Origin: Oopsacas minuta
Lineage: Eukaryota > Animalia > Porifera
Length of the DNA: 64,000 bases
Assembly (NCBI GenBank): GCA_024704765.1
Contig: JAKMXF010000166.1
Span: forward strand, 724,401 to 788,400
Reading direction: 5' to 3'
Part shown: positions 11,726 to 24,295 of the stretch, in pieces
Layout: each line of letters begins with the position of its first letter
Position numbering within the stretch: the stretch's first letter is position 1
The notes under the pieces: generated by a model
Databases searched by the model: none
Told to the model about the DNA's origin: nothing
What the model saw: only the letters and a program-made list of their open reading frames with translations
Position numbers and translations under genes: made by a program

Positions 11726-12757
11726 TACAAAAGGAAAAATTATGAAAAATTGTGTATGACATCATTTGATAAAAATTATGAGTAATTTTGAAATTCTAAC
11801 AGTTGTGTAATTGCTTCCATGGATATGATATACTATACCCAAAATAATACAATTTATAGGGCTAACATTGTTATAAAATCAGATATTAAAGAAAAACAAA
11901 ATTCAGCATAAAGCTATGATGTCAAAACATGATATATAGTAACCTTATAAAAATTTTGAATGCACCAAATGATTCCTAGCAAATGATAACCTATATGCTG
12001 ATAATACATTATATATGTCTTTTTCAAATGAAAGTACCCATTCTTTAATAACTCCTATTTTAAGCCACTGTGATTTTGATGAGATACCAAATTGAACATG
12101 TTTAAATATACCTAGCAAGTAATGATTAACTTAGCTTAGCTTGCAAATCCAGGAATTTGCTAATCAGAAACTTCATATTCTCTTCAGTATTTGATACTAG
12201 ACTAGGATTCATAGCTTGGGAGAGGAGTTGACCATGAGATGAGAAACCTTGCCTATTCGTAGTAGACTATGGGAATAGTAAACTGGGCATTAAAGGTAAA
12301 GTAGACGGTACCACACATTGTTCAGTCTCGATACTTGGGAAAGGCTTCTTAATAAGTGCCATCTCCATTGGGTACTCTATGAATGTACTGGATGTATCAT
12401 TCTCTGTAATGCTTATAACACAAGTAGACAGACTTGAGATAAGCATCATCTTCCAGAAGGAGAGGCCGAAACAAGTGTCTGAGTTAATTAAGCTTGTGTG
12501 TCACCGAAAATAATGGCAATTCTTTGTCATAGTTGGATTCACAACCGAGGGTAGAACAGCGACTGGGCATTGTATATGCAGATAAACGTGTGTGGCTGGA
12601 AAATAAAAGTAGAAGATTGCAATTTCATAACAAATTTCAACATTAATATATATATCAGAGGGAAACTATTCGCAATTTATGGGTTAATAAAAATGGTAAA
12701 TACTTTCTTTTTCTTAATTAACTGTGCGACAAATTTAGAAAGTTGTTCTATCTTGGA

Positions 12758-13304
12758 CACTATGTAGTGGCTTAAGTACTATCGACTATGGTGCGTCCGG
12801 ATCTGAATTCTATTATACACCAACACGTCGCAAATTTATAGAATTCAACTCCCAAAAATGGGAAAATGCCATAAATTACCAAAAGATTTCTACCTAAATA
12901 GGCAGTAGTCAATAAAAAATTGTGAGGATTTTTAAACTAGCCGTTATGTTGAATTAATTGATTACAAGTAATAGCTTTGGATTGGCTAAACCTCATATTA
13001 ATATGGGATAATAAGATCTTTGTGATTTTTATCATTTTTGGTATGTGTGATTCTAGATCCCGTTAGTAAAATGACCAATTTAACCTACGAAGCTCATTAT
13101 GGTACATATTTCTCCAATCACTCTCTAGTTCAAAATTCTTCACTGGTTTTACATGACTAGTAGATATTTGGTATGATACTTTTGCGAATTGTTATAATTT
13201 CCCATTTTGTAAGTTGAATTCGATAAAATCGTTACGTGATGGAGTATAATGGAATTCAGATTCGCATTCAGCATAGTGGATAGTACTTAAGGCAACAAAT
13301 AGTG
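12758..13304. mobile_element. Non-autonomous TIR element with CACTAT termini (CMC/Transib-like MITE)
   Basis: About 53-bp imperfect TIRs CACTATGTAGTGGCTTAAGTACTATCGACTATG... / ...CATAGTGGATAGTACTTAAGGCAACAAATAGTG; no ORF. Confidence 0.7.
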
Positions 13305-13566
13305 TTCAAGGAGCAGAGAAGTTCAAAATTTGTCAGACAGTGTAATTAGAATCTATGGGCTAATAACAACTGAAATTTCTAAGTTAAAAACAACCAAATT
13401 GATTCGTAAAATCGTTAAAACACAAATATAACCATATAGAAGTTACAACATGGGTGCATAAATCGACTTTTTGCGGAACATGCGACGGACTTTCCCCTTG
13501 AATGAGCCCTGATGTTGCAAAATTAATACATTTTACGTAAAGAATAACGAATACTCTATGGATGTA

Positions 13567-14880
13567 CTTAGGGCATTCAAAAAGTTCCCATCTCTGTTTA
13601 ATATCTTGACACTACAACAACTTACTAATTAAATTTCTACGTAAAGCGTTCGAAATACTCCCCTCTACATCGATGCATAGTTGTATCCTTTCAACGCACC
13701 CCAATAATGTTCTTTAATACTCGTTTCTGTCTACTGAATTGAGGTAGTAGTAAACCCCCGTTTCCAAGCTCTTGCCGGCTATCAAATAGCCGTCCTCCGA
13801 GATGTTATTTCAGCTCAGGAAATAGCCAGAAATCACAAGGTGAAAGAGTTGGGGAATACGGAAGATGTGCGATCGTTTCAAACCCGATATCCTCAATGAA
13901 TTCCCTAACGTATCTTGAAACATGAGGTCTGGCATTATCGTGGAGAAGTTTGATTCATCGAGTTCCTGTACGCGGACGTCGTGTTGTCTAGGTTCAGACA
14001 TTTATCAGCGTAAAATTCTCCATTGAGTAGATTACCTTTAGGCACAGGTATTTGAGCAGCTGACCCATACGCATCACAAAATATGCTCTAGAGAAGCTTA
14101 TTGTCTCGGGAGTCCGGATGTGCCTTTCCGGGGATAAGAACACTTTTGGGAGCCACGATTTGCTATGTTCCATTCATAGAGGTTCAGAAAATTAATCCAA
14201 GTTTCGTCACCAGTGATGATTTCATATAACCTTCGAGAATCACAATCCCTATATTCTTTAAGCTATTCTTTCGCTCATGAAACCTCTTCTCCTTTGCCCT
14301 CTTGTGAGGATTTTTGGTATCCATCGCGCTGAAATCTTTCGATATTCGAGATAATCGTGTAGAATTGTATGAACATTTCCCGATGAGATGCCCAGGATTA
14401 GGGCAATCTCTTCAACGCTCAAATGGGGGTCAATATCCAAAAAGTTCCAGAATTTTAGAGGCAACTTCAGGGGTGGTAGCGGAAATTGATCCTCCGTCCG
14501 AGGGGCATCTTCAATGCTGTCTACGAGCCTCTAATTCACGTGTCCATACCTTTACAGTGGGATACGCTAGAGCTTCCCAATGATAAACGGTGACAAGATT
14601 CTCATGTATTTACAATGGTTGTTGCCGAGTACGGTACGAATCTTTACGAAAGCTCGTTTTTCATTTCGATTGATATGTGTTTTGAAGCCATGAAAAAGTT
14701 AACTCTCGAAAATAAGTAAATTGAAAGTAGGATAGATCAAGATATATAATAGCTAGAGTTAATTGCTCAACAGCATTACATAGGTAATCGATAGGACAAT
14801 TAGGATACACTATGCATATCATGTAATCGAGTAGAGTTTGGCTCTATAAACGAAGGATGAGAACTTTTGAATGCAGCAAG
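13567..14880 (-). mobile_element. mariner (DD34D-type) transposon, heavily decayed
   Basis: TA|CTTAGGGCATTCAAAAAGTTCCCATC ... GATGAGAACTTTTGAATGCAGCAAG|TA. Minus-strand RKISARWIPK, ITGDETW and LSPCDFWLFPELK. Confidence 0.85.
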
Positions 14881-17105
14881 TATTTTTACACGGTGGAATG
14901 CTTGACATCATGTATATTATTCTTGTAGAAATTATAAAATAGACTCTCAAATAATTTTCGTGAATCTAATTGGTTTACTATCAAAACTATTAGTAATGTC
15001 TACACAGCTTATGAGATAACTGTTGTTTTCAAAAAGTATGAACAAATTTCATCACACAATACATGGTGTTTACCAATTTATCACAACATTTATTAATCAA
15101 AATGTATAGAACCATCTGGTTCAACATTTTGGAGTATATTCAGGAGTTTATGACATTTGTTTACCGCAAAAAATGGAGTTGTTGAGCGATACCTCAAGAA
15201 AAAATACATATGTTGGAATTCTATAAATGAAATAAGTCAACTGTAAGTGTTTCCAACGAGCGGCGGAGGTCATTAAAGTGCTATCCTCGGAAAGTTCCAT
15301 CAAAGTATCTAAAAACAATCCCCCAATTCTAGAAGTACAAAAACTTACGATGGAGACTTATCTCATAAATAAGGTGACTTACTTGTATAATATACTATAC
15401 ACAATGTTCTAGTATACACTTAAACACGTTATGGCAAAAATGAATCTGACTTTGAACGATTACTTCCAGGCTATAGGAAACAAAAATCACTTCGCTATAA
15501 CGAAAATTTTGTTAAGTCGTGAGACGGATCCAGTAAAATTAAGGGTGCACAGAGCGAGCGAAGCAAAGCTTAGGGGGTTTGGGGATTTCCCAGAAAAGTT
15601 TTGAATCTTACCGAAAGAGAATATTATCTTTGAGTACAATACAACTTCTCTAATAAGAAAAGCACTGACCAATTCGAAAGGACTTAGTTCGGGTTAGCGA
15701 AATGCATAGAAACAATAAAATATAATGAAGGAGTACATTTTTCGAAAGTTGTATTTACAAAGCTGTAAGCTTGATAATAGTAATATATTGGATTCGCCGC
15801 AGTCTTTTTCGAAATATTAGCACATTTTCCAGAGGTTGTATTACCTTCAAGACATGTTCGAATTAGCGAGGGCCTACTGTATTACATGAAAATTCATATT
15901 ATTTTGTGCATGATCTAAAAGCTACATATTTAATGTATGTTAAGACACATAAAAATCTAAGCTGATATTATGGGTTTCCAGGCCAAGGGGGTACCTGTAC
16001 TTAGATATCATATATAGCTAACTTTAAGGTATATTGAAGATAGTACAAATTAAACTTTGAGCGATCAATATTAGCGAAGGATCAAATAAAATACTAATGT
16101 AATATTTCAAATTTAGGGGTTTCACATTACATTAACTCCTACATTGTTTTACGTTAACCAGGAGTGTATAATTATAAAAAATTCCAAATTAGTTGCAGCA
16201 AGTTGGAATATAGTAACTTGGCGCGGAACATTGATATCTTCGCTGCTTACTTACTTGGCATCAAAGATATACATATCAGTTATGTTGTTAGACATAAGTC
16301 TACAAGTCAAATTATTTTCAAATGATAAGCAATTTTAGATGCGGGAGGTAAATGTTTGTCCTTGCGTAAAGTGGCCGGCATGCGGCAAAGGATTGGGAAC
16401 ATATGCCCAAGAATAATGATCCAAAATGTATAAGCAATTGTGGGACCTTATGTATAGTAGGCTATGGTCTAGCTATATCAACTAAATAACATTAAACGAA
16501 GAAAGGTTGAGCTTGTTGGCGGCCGGAATATAACTTATCTATTGCTGAAATCTGATTGTTACATGAAGTATTGCACTATTAGCTCATAATAAACATTCAT
16601 TGTTGATTAACCGATGCCGACCGAAGTGATAAAATCGGAATGAAAAGGAACAATAAAGCTGTACCACTTCCCGGACTAATTCAGAGATTGTAGTAAGTTT
16701 TGACGTCATAAAATCACACATTTTTCTGTAGTATTCTATTAATATAAACTGCATCACAGTGGCACGAGATGGCTAAACCTGGAAGTGGGTATTAGGGTAC
16801 TAGAAAACGTATTAACTACACTATTGACATATGAGGAATCATACCCAAGGGATCGATTGAAGTGATTGAATTTTCAAGTCTTTGGATGTAAAAGTAACGA
16901 CGTCATTGTCACAATTCAAAAATATTTAGATTTTTAACGAGTTATAATTAAACCAATTTGTGAGCTATATATTCAGAAATTGAATGTTTTATGTTTTGAT
17001 CTTATTAACACTATTTAAGGTACATTTTAATCAACTTATGAAACCACATTTCTTGTTGAAAATGACCTACAGTTCATTGAACTACAAAGTATAACTTATT
17101 TATAA

Positions 17106-19349
17106 CACAGGTCAACAAAATTTAACTTCATTTTCTCATCAAGTATTAGATTGACATTATCTAAGCTAGTTTTTTACGCTGAATTCAAATCTGCTTTCAG
17201 ATTCTTTCCAGCACGTCCAGTATTTTTCCATCTACAAGTCAACGATTTTTATGTATTTCCTAAATTTTTCCTGTTATTTTATGGTAGTGGCTGTCTTTGT
17301 GTCTTCTTACATGATAGCCATCTGAAATAAATCAACGTTTCGATGTTTTAGATTAATGCCAAGATAATATCAGTTATTATCCTAGCTCTTACATATAATT
17401 ATTCACATTCATGCATGTATCAACTACTCACAAACTAAGGAGAAATACATATCTATCTAGAAGCATAAAGGTAGCTAACTAAATTAAAAGTGTTGAGAGT
17501 ACGACTTCCTTTTATATATCTTGTTGGGATTATCTCTGAAGAGCCTCCAACAGTAGTCGGACATCATGCCCTCATTCCAAAAACCTTGGTATCGGGTTTC
17601 CATCTCCTGTATGTCTTGGTGGAATCTCTCACCCTGTTCATCACTTACAGCACCAAGGTTCTCAGGGAAAAGATCAAGGTGAGAGTGCAAGAAGTGAAGT
17701 TTCAGCGACATGCGACAGCCCATCTTCTCGTATGCGTTAAGCAAGGTTTCCACTCTTTCCCTGTAGTTGGACGACTTCTTGTTGCCCAAAAAGTTTTCAC
17801 AAACCCATTTGAAAGAATTCCAAGCACTCATTTCTAATTTGGATAATGTCTTCTCGAAATCTGGATCTCTGAATACTTGTCTGATTTGTGGTCCTACAAA
17901 TACTCCCTTTTAACTTTGCCTCGCTTAGTTTCAGAAATTGTTTTAACGAATGTTTTCATTAATCCAAGTTTAATATGAAGTGGGGGTAAGAAAACTTTGT
18001 TAGGATCTACCAATGGCGAATGCTGTAAATTGGTTTTCGCCACTTCATAGGTTCTCTTCGATCAATCACATTTTTTATAATCTTCACCAGTTGCTCGGCT
18101 GTCCCATAGACATAGGAAACAACAATACTTTGTAAAACCTTGTTGCAGCCCATCAATAGCCCAATTATCTTAAGATCACCGCAGATATTCTATATATGTG
18201 TTATATACTGTATTGCCTCTAAAACTTCCTGCAAATTGACGAAGGTTTCTTTGAGATAGACGAGTGAGCAATTGGAACGCCAGGCTTTAGATTTCCGTTA
18301 TGCAACAGAACAGCTTTCAAACTGCGTTTTGACGAGTCGATGAAAAGGCGCCAATCAGAGGAACAATGTTCTTGTAATAGGTTTGCATAGAGTCCTTCGA
18401 AATCATTACAATCTCACAGTGGACCATCAGTGGTGTAGTATTGAGCGAGATCGAAATTTCTCTTGCGATAGTGGGATACTAGGGCATCTTTGTCGAGTAG
18501 GTTTTTCTGTTTGAGCCTGGATGCAAGGAGTTCAGCTTTGTCTTTAGATAAGTCTAGATCCCTGACCAGGTCATTCAATTCTCCCTGTGTAAATGTTTGT
18601 GACTCTAGTAATTCATCGTCCGGGTCATAATTAGCATCTGTAGAATCTGCATGAACATCTTCCACCATATCAGACCCGATTTTAATTTGCTGTGGCTTGG
18701 GAATTGGGATTGGTAATGAGATGTCGTGTGGAATTGGCCTGCGAGCAGAATCCAAGTCTGGATAAACAAGAGCGTGCTTATTCTAGGCTGAGAATCCTGT
18801 AATGTCGATAAGGCAAAAGTAACAATCATCAAGGTGATTTTTCTGTTCCCTCCAGACCATGGGTATTGCAAATGGCATTGAAACTTTCTTTTTGTTCAAC
18901 CAATCACGTAGTCCACTTGAACAAGAAGTGCATATAACATGTGGTGCCCACGACTTGTCTTGGTCACCAAGTGGACATTCGAAGTACAATTTGTATAAGT
19001 TCTTTAATTGATTTGTGATTGGTCGTCTTTGTGATTTTACGCAAAAAAGACCACAAACGTAACAAAAATTGTCGGGATGAGTTTTACAACTACGATGCAT
19101 GTTTATAATTTGATTTGCTTGAATTCAAATAAGTAAAGTCATTTATATTCCAGATAATTGAATCAAAATAGGCATGCTCATATAGCAATTTAGTAACTAG
19201 GTAATACTATACTATTGAAAAAATGGATATTGGATTTCAGAATAACTAGACGTGCTAGAGAAATTCTGATTGTAGATTCGAGTTCAGCATTCAAAAGTAT
19301 ACTAAGACAAATGTATGTGATCTCTGATGAGAAATCTTGTTGAGTTGTG
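17106..19349 (-). mobile_element. Chapaev3-like (CMC) DNA transposon, frameshifted
   Basis: TAA|CACAGGTCAACAA ... TTGTTGAGTTGTG|TAA (CAC ends, 3-bp TAA TSD). Transposase fragments FCYVCG, LGDQDKSWAPHVICTSC, WREQKNHLDDCYFC and LHSHLDLFPENLGAVSDEQGERFHQDI. Family assignment is from recalled motifs, not a search. Confidence 0.8.
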
Positions 19350-19361
19350 TAATTAGTGAAT

Positions 19362-21241
19362 TCACCAAAATATCTTACAGCCCATTAATTCAGATAGATT
19401 TAGCTCCGAATCCTTTTTGGTATTATTACTTAATGAGGCTAAAATTGGATCACTTTGAGAGATAAGCCTGACGACCACATCTTTAACGTCGTCCTCAAAG
19501 CTAAATTTCCTTGAGAGCCTCTCACGGCATCGCCTGACCAATCTATTGCAAGATTCAAGGCCTTCTTCAGACAAATCTTCCAAGCCAAACCCATCATTAT
19601 GATCTGCAATTAGTTGTGGGCATGAGCTAGAAGTTTATGTAAAGTAGGGGTTACATGTGTCCATGAAAAAATGAATAAAATGGATTCGTAAGTCTCTCGG
19701 CATAGATTATCAAGGCCTTCAGTGTCCACTATCCTGTTGCTATTATACAATTTGAAGATAGCACTCAAATTATTAAAGATTGTAGTGTCAACTTGATGTG
19801 TCTCGAGAGGAACAACCTTCAATATCCAATAGAGAAATCTTATACAGTATCATCGCTACGTGTGAAGCATCTCCAAAAACATTTCCGGTTGTGGTGGTTC
19901 CTCCTTGGACTGATGGTGTGTCAATTGATATACTAAGTTTTTCTTCAATGAGGCTAGTAATAAATTTCTTTGCCCCAAGAATTATTGGCGAAGTTGGTGA
20001 CTATTTTTGAATAGCACCACACTGTAAATGGCAAATCAATAATAGGAAACAACTAAATGTTCTTAAATACGCATATAGAGGAGAAGCGGATATGATATCT
20101 TTTTCTGAGACGGTTTGTGTGTTAGATTGAATCTTTGATTTGTTGGCAAATGACAAAGTTCTTGCTCATCAACCTCGTCAAATACATCACGTGCATCATG
20201 GATAGTCCTATTTAAGGGAAAGCCATCTTGAACTATGCTAATATCGTGTATCAGTTTAAACGTTGCAGTACACATTTTGGCAATTAGCACCACCAGCACC
20301 GCTTAAGACATTTGCCATCTTTGTATCGAAATGAGATCTTATGATCTTGACCACTGCATTGCCAGTGTGTGAACACAAACCACTCTCTTCAATAGTTGAA
20401 GTTTCGTTTTTGTTAATAAGTCCATTATAAACTTGGTAGTCTATTCATTTTCTGGGAGGGCTAAGAGAGCAACCGGTCGAGTGCAAAATCGTGAATTCGG
20501 ATGATGAGGTTACATAAGATATGATCATTTGCATTTATGATTGCGTTAACCTTGAAACCAAATTAAATGAAGGTTTTAGTCGAGAGGTCAGGGTTAGATA
20601 TAGCTTGCTGGTAAACTCGATGACACTCAGATCCATCTAAGCCATCGGATACTCGAACTTTCAGCGGATAGACAAGGGTATCAGGACTTAAGTTAGATAC
20701 AATTCGTTCAACTGTATGGGTGAGTAGTCTGGTGTAAGAAATACCTATTCCACATGGAAATTCTCTATGAATTACATGCACATCATCCAGCAAATGAATA
20801 TCACCCGGATGTTTAGCTACACTATTGTAGCCTGGTAACTTGAGATCTTCAGATAATAACGCCGCAGTTCTAAATACTTAATTTCACCGATCTCAAGCGA
20901 ATGAAAAGAAAGGCTGATTTATCAAGTAATAATTGTGGATTGATAGGAGAAGAGTTTCCCTTCTCGGGTATCTCTTTACAAATATTGACACTATTCATGT
21001 ACTGATCCTCATTGCAACAAAGTAGTAAGAGAAAAGTCTCAAAAGTCTTCGGAGATACATGCTTATTCTCAGCAACTGATTCGAGGTGAGACTTAAGGGC
21101 AGAGACTTGATTTCTCAAACCTTTGGTTGTTAAGTCAGAGAGCAATTTCTTTTTTGAAAGATTGAAGTCTTCTTCAAAGTTAAAGGTCAATGAAGAAGAG
21201 GCACTTAACCTAAGCTTCTTTGGCAGAGGACAAGAGTACAT
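19362..21241 (-). pseudogene. RAG1-core-like transposase of element B; N-terminus probably extends to about 21450
   Basis: KKKLLSDLTTKGLRNQVSALKSHL (NBD-like); DGLDGSECHRVYQQ (D at about 20635); RSHFDTKMANVLSGAGGANCQMCTAT after one frameshift (D at about 20325); NLTHKP; GGTTTTGN; TPTLHKLLAH; SEEGLESCNRLVRRCRERLSRK (E at about 19554); SQSDP. Confidence 0.85.
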
Positions 21242-22301
21242 GGATTTTCAAGTATCAAGGTCCGAGTTTTTATGGAAAAAGGCTCTCTCTTTTTTGAATA
21301 TCATTGATCTTCAGACGAAAGAAATTTGGTTGATCTCGATCAAAACTATGAGCTGAAATAAATTGATCTGCGATTGAACGAGTGCCAAGTAATTTATGCT
21401 CACAATAAACTGAAAAGCTTGAAGGTTGTTCATTTTCTAGATAAATACTATATTAATTGTTAACAATACTATTAATGTTTGTTTTATATGCCTATAAAAG
21501 AAATTCTAAAATCTAAGAATTAAGGAAATTTGATGAAACATTTTCTCACAGTATAAGATTTTTCATTTTTTAATGGAATCTTTGTAAATACAGGATGAGA
21601 ATATTTATTTAACTTAATTTCAAGCTGAATTTTGTAAATTACTTCACGTTTTCATTATATCCAGAAGTATTAAAAATAAAAGATAAATTCAAAGCTCAAG
21701 AGATTAAACTATACTGTGGCGAATTTTCGGGAACCTGGAAATTGCTATATTTTATAGAATTAAAAATGGTATACTAAAAAACTCAGGGGATAACTTGACA
21801 GAACGAGACAAATGAAGTTTAGAGACTTCGAAGTTGAGTGACGACAGAAAGATCTAACAGAAAAATTTATCAAAATATTAGATCTATTTTAAGGATTTAT
21901 TATTGGAACTCCCTTATATAATCGCTATAATAAGATAGTAGTCGATAATGCAAAGGAATTAAGTCTTTGGAATGTATTAGTTGCTTAGATGCTGAAATTT
22001 AAGTTCAATGATATAAATGAATATCCACCGATTTCAAAGAATGAGCAGGATATTGTCAATGCTTACATACATTCCAATTGTTGCTAAACTAAATGATGAA
22101 TCGTTACAATTTTTTGATGTTTCAAGTAATTGGATATTTCTCTTTCCAATGAACATTAAATGGTCAATAAATATCGGATCGAAATTTTTACCAATTTCAA
22201 GGGGGTGCGCCACTGTGTGCAGAGACGAAGTCAATGCTACGTTTTGCCAAAGAAATTTAAAATGAAATCGGTGAACTTGTCAAAACCAGGTCTAAACTAA
22301 C

Positions 22302-22675
22302 CCTGCATGCCAAAAATCAGTCCTGGGGGCGTCCAGTTTCTTCAATCAATTGTACATATACAAACATATATAAATATATATACATGTGCAGATTAATTGC
22401 ATTGAAATGGTAGCGATGTATGAATATATTGAGATTCCTTATATATAGCTGAGCTATAGTTTAGTACAGTTTTCTGCGATAAAAAGTCCATACCCTCATT
22501 CGAAAAGTTGACTTTCAATAATTAAAACAAATGACCTTTCCTCGGACATAGAAAAGCTAATACACAAAAACTGTGTATTATAGCAGAGCTATACATAAGG
22601 TATTTGATATATGTTTGTATGTCCAGCATTGATTGAACAAACTGGAGGACCAAAGGGCTGATTTTTACCATACAG
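22302..22675. repeat. Long inverted-repeat (foldback/MITE-like) element; boundaries approximate
   Basis: CTGCATGCCAAAAATCAGTCC...CAGTTTCTTCAATCAAT...ATACAAACATAT is mirrored by ATATGTTTGTAT...ATTGATTGAACAAACTG...GGGCTGATTTTTACCATACAG; the inner arms also pair. Confidence 0.55.
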
Positions 22676-23779
22676 TAGTATTTTGGGTCTAGCTCGAACA
22701 AGCTCGAGCCTTGAACGAAATTATAACATCACTGTCACATTGGGAAAATCGAAAATTCACAGTATTAACCACTGCTCAGCCAATATACATGAGAGAATTT
22801 TGAAATTTGAATACCAGGTATTCAGGGTGCCAAATGTCCTGAAGTCATGACTCCTAACTCATCATGGAATTAATACAGCATAATGACTTTAAAATTAAGG
22901 CGCATTAATTTGGTTATGTAAATTACATTCCATAGTTTTATCTAAGAGGAATGCACTATAATCACGATTTTTACTGTGCAGGCTATAGTATTTTATAGTT
23001 TCGCAGTATTGATCTTAGTGCGTATTTTGTTAAAATTTTTTCTGTATGTTCTCTATAGCCCACACCGTTCATAATCAAGAGCATAAAATTAGTCAAAGGG
23101 TAGATTCTTACTTATAAATTTATGGCTCAGTATACTAAATTCATCTGTGTTAATTTGCCAATTTGGTCACTATAAATTTCAAATACAAATTGCAGAAACT
23201 TCTAGAAACTCAACAACTAGTTCGCATATAGAATTTCGATTGAACTGGAATTTAATTGTTCTGATTTCGAAATCAAATTTCACGGAAGAATTTGAGGTAT
23301 TTGGAAATTACTAACAAACAGCTGGCGTATGGGGGAAGCCGTCTCTCCATCGACATCCTAGTCTATTTATTAAATTCGTGTAAAGTGGCACTAGTAATTG
23401 GAGGCAATATGAAAGGTAAAATGCAACATCAACACACATAGTGCTTCCAATAAATAGTTTCAATTTACAAATTTCATTAATAGACGAAGCTGTGGGCATA
23501 GATTGAATTATATATGTTTTGACTATGAGGAATGCTTTTTACTTACATTAGTATATTGATTAACTCTAAGGCTAGCTTTTTACACGCCTTAGGTTATTTT
23601 TAACACTAAGGTAATCGTTTTAATCGTCGACCAACGCACCATAAGAGATTCAGCTATGAGATTCTCAAGCAAATCCAAGGCATACGGAAACGGTCAGGGC
23701 ACAAGGAACTAACAAGCGAAGCGCTCTAATTATCAAATAATCGGTTAATTCAAAATACAATACAAGAATATTAAAGTAC

Positions 23780-24295
23780 CTCTTATCTAACTCGTTCTTT
23801 TCTTGAATTTGCTGACTTTCTTTATTATCTTTCTCTTGTTTAATATGATCAATTAATATGAGACAATCTTTTTGCTCTTCACGTTGTAACTGTCTCAATT
23901 CTCTAACTTGAATTTGGCGTAGGTCTTTCAATTTTTTATGAGCTGAATCTTGATAATTACCATCCATATTGTTATTAATATCAATAATACGAGTTGTGCG
24001 AGTAGTTATTACCTGTCCATCTACTTCAAACGTCCTCATTCTTGATAAAGTCTGGTATTTATAATCATTTGGAATATTCGAATTAGAAATTTCGGATTTA
24101 TCATGGACCATATCTATAGATATTTTAGGATGCGAAACGGAATTATCAACAAATAACCTTTTTTCATTATATTCAGATAAAGGAATGTCTTTTGACAGCA
24201 GTTTGTCGGTGTGATTTAATTGTTCGGAGCCTGAAACATTTATGGGTAGTTTGAGAACAGTGATATCGGTGGTTGAATTGAGACCAGAATCCACC
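23780..24295 (-). CDS. SLK: Internal exon of an SLK/STK10 (Slik/LOK) Ste20-family kinase: end of linker and start of the coiled-coil region
   Basis: YQTLSRMRTFEVDGQVITTRTTRII...LRQIQVRELRQLQREEQK matches the SLK/STK10 signature YKTLKRTRxFxVDGVEVSxTTSKII...LRRQELRELRxLQKEE. Donor AG|GTACTT at 23779; polypyrimidine+TAG acceptor at 24296-24297; 516 bp, phase 2-2. The 5' boundary could lie further up, since the ORF is open to 24411. Confidence 0.75.

Larger units (their letters stand above)
6023..12072 (+). mobile_element. RAG1-like/Transib transposon A, full-length but inactivated; about 3.4 kb after removing two nested Tc1 elements
   Basis: TIRs CACAGTGGCTTA (6023-6034) and TAAGCCACTGTG (12061-12072). 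Flanks ATTTG and ATTTT (5-bp TSD, 1 mismatch). Encloses a RAG1-core-like transposase. Confidence 0.8.
16755..22217 (-). mobile_element. RAG1-like/Transib transposon B, a distinct subfamily; about 3.2 kb after removing the nested Chapaev3-like element
   Basis: Ends CACAGTGGC (16755) and GCCACTGTG (to 22217). Flanks TGCAT and TGCAG (5-bp TSD, 1 mismatch). Encloses a RAG1-like transposase. Reconstructed size is similar to element A. Confidence 0.7.

Noticed and set aside
6023-22217. One large ProtoRAG-like unit made of the two convergent RAG1-like ORFs
   Set aside because: Each ORF has its own TIR pair and its own near-matching 5-bp TSD, and both ORFs are RAG1-like, not RAG1L plus RAG2L.
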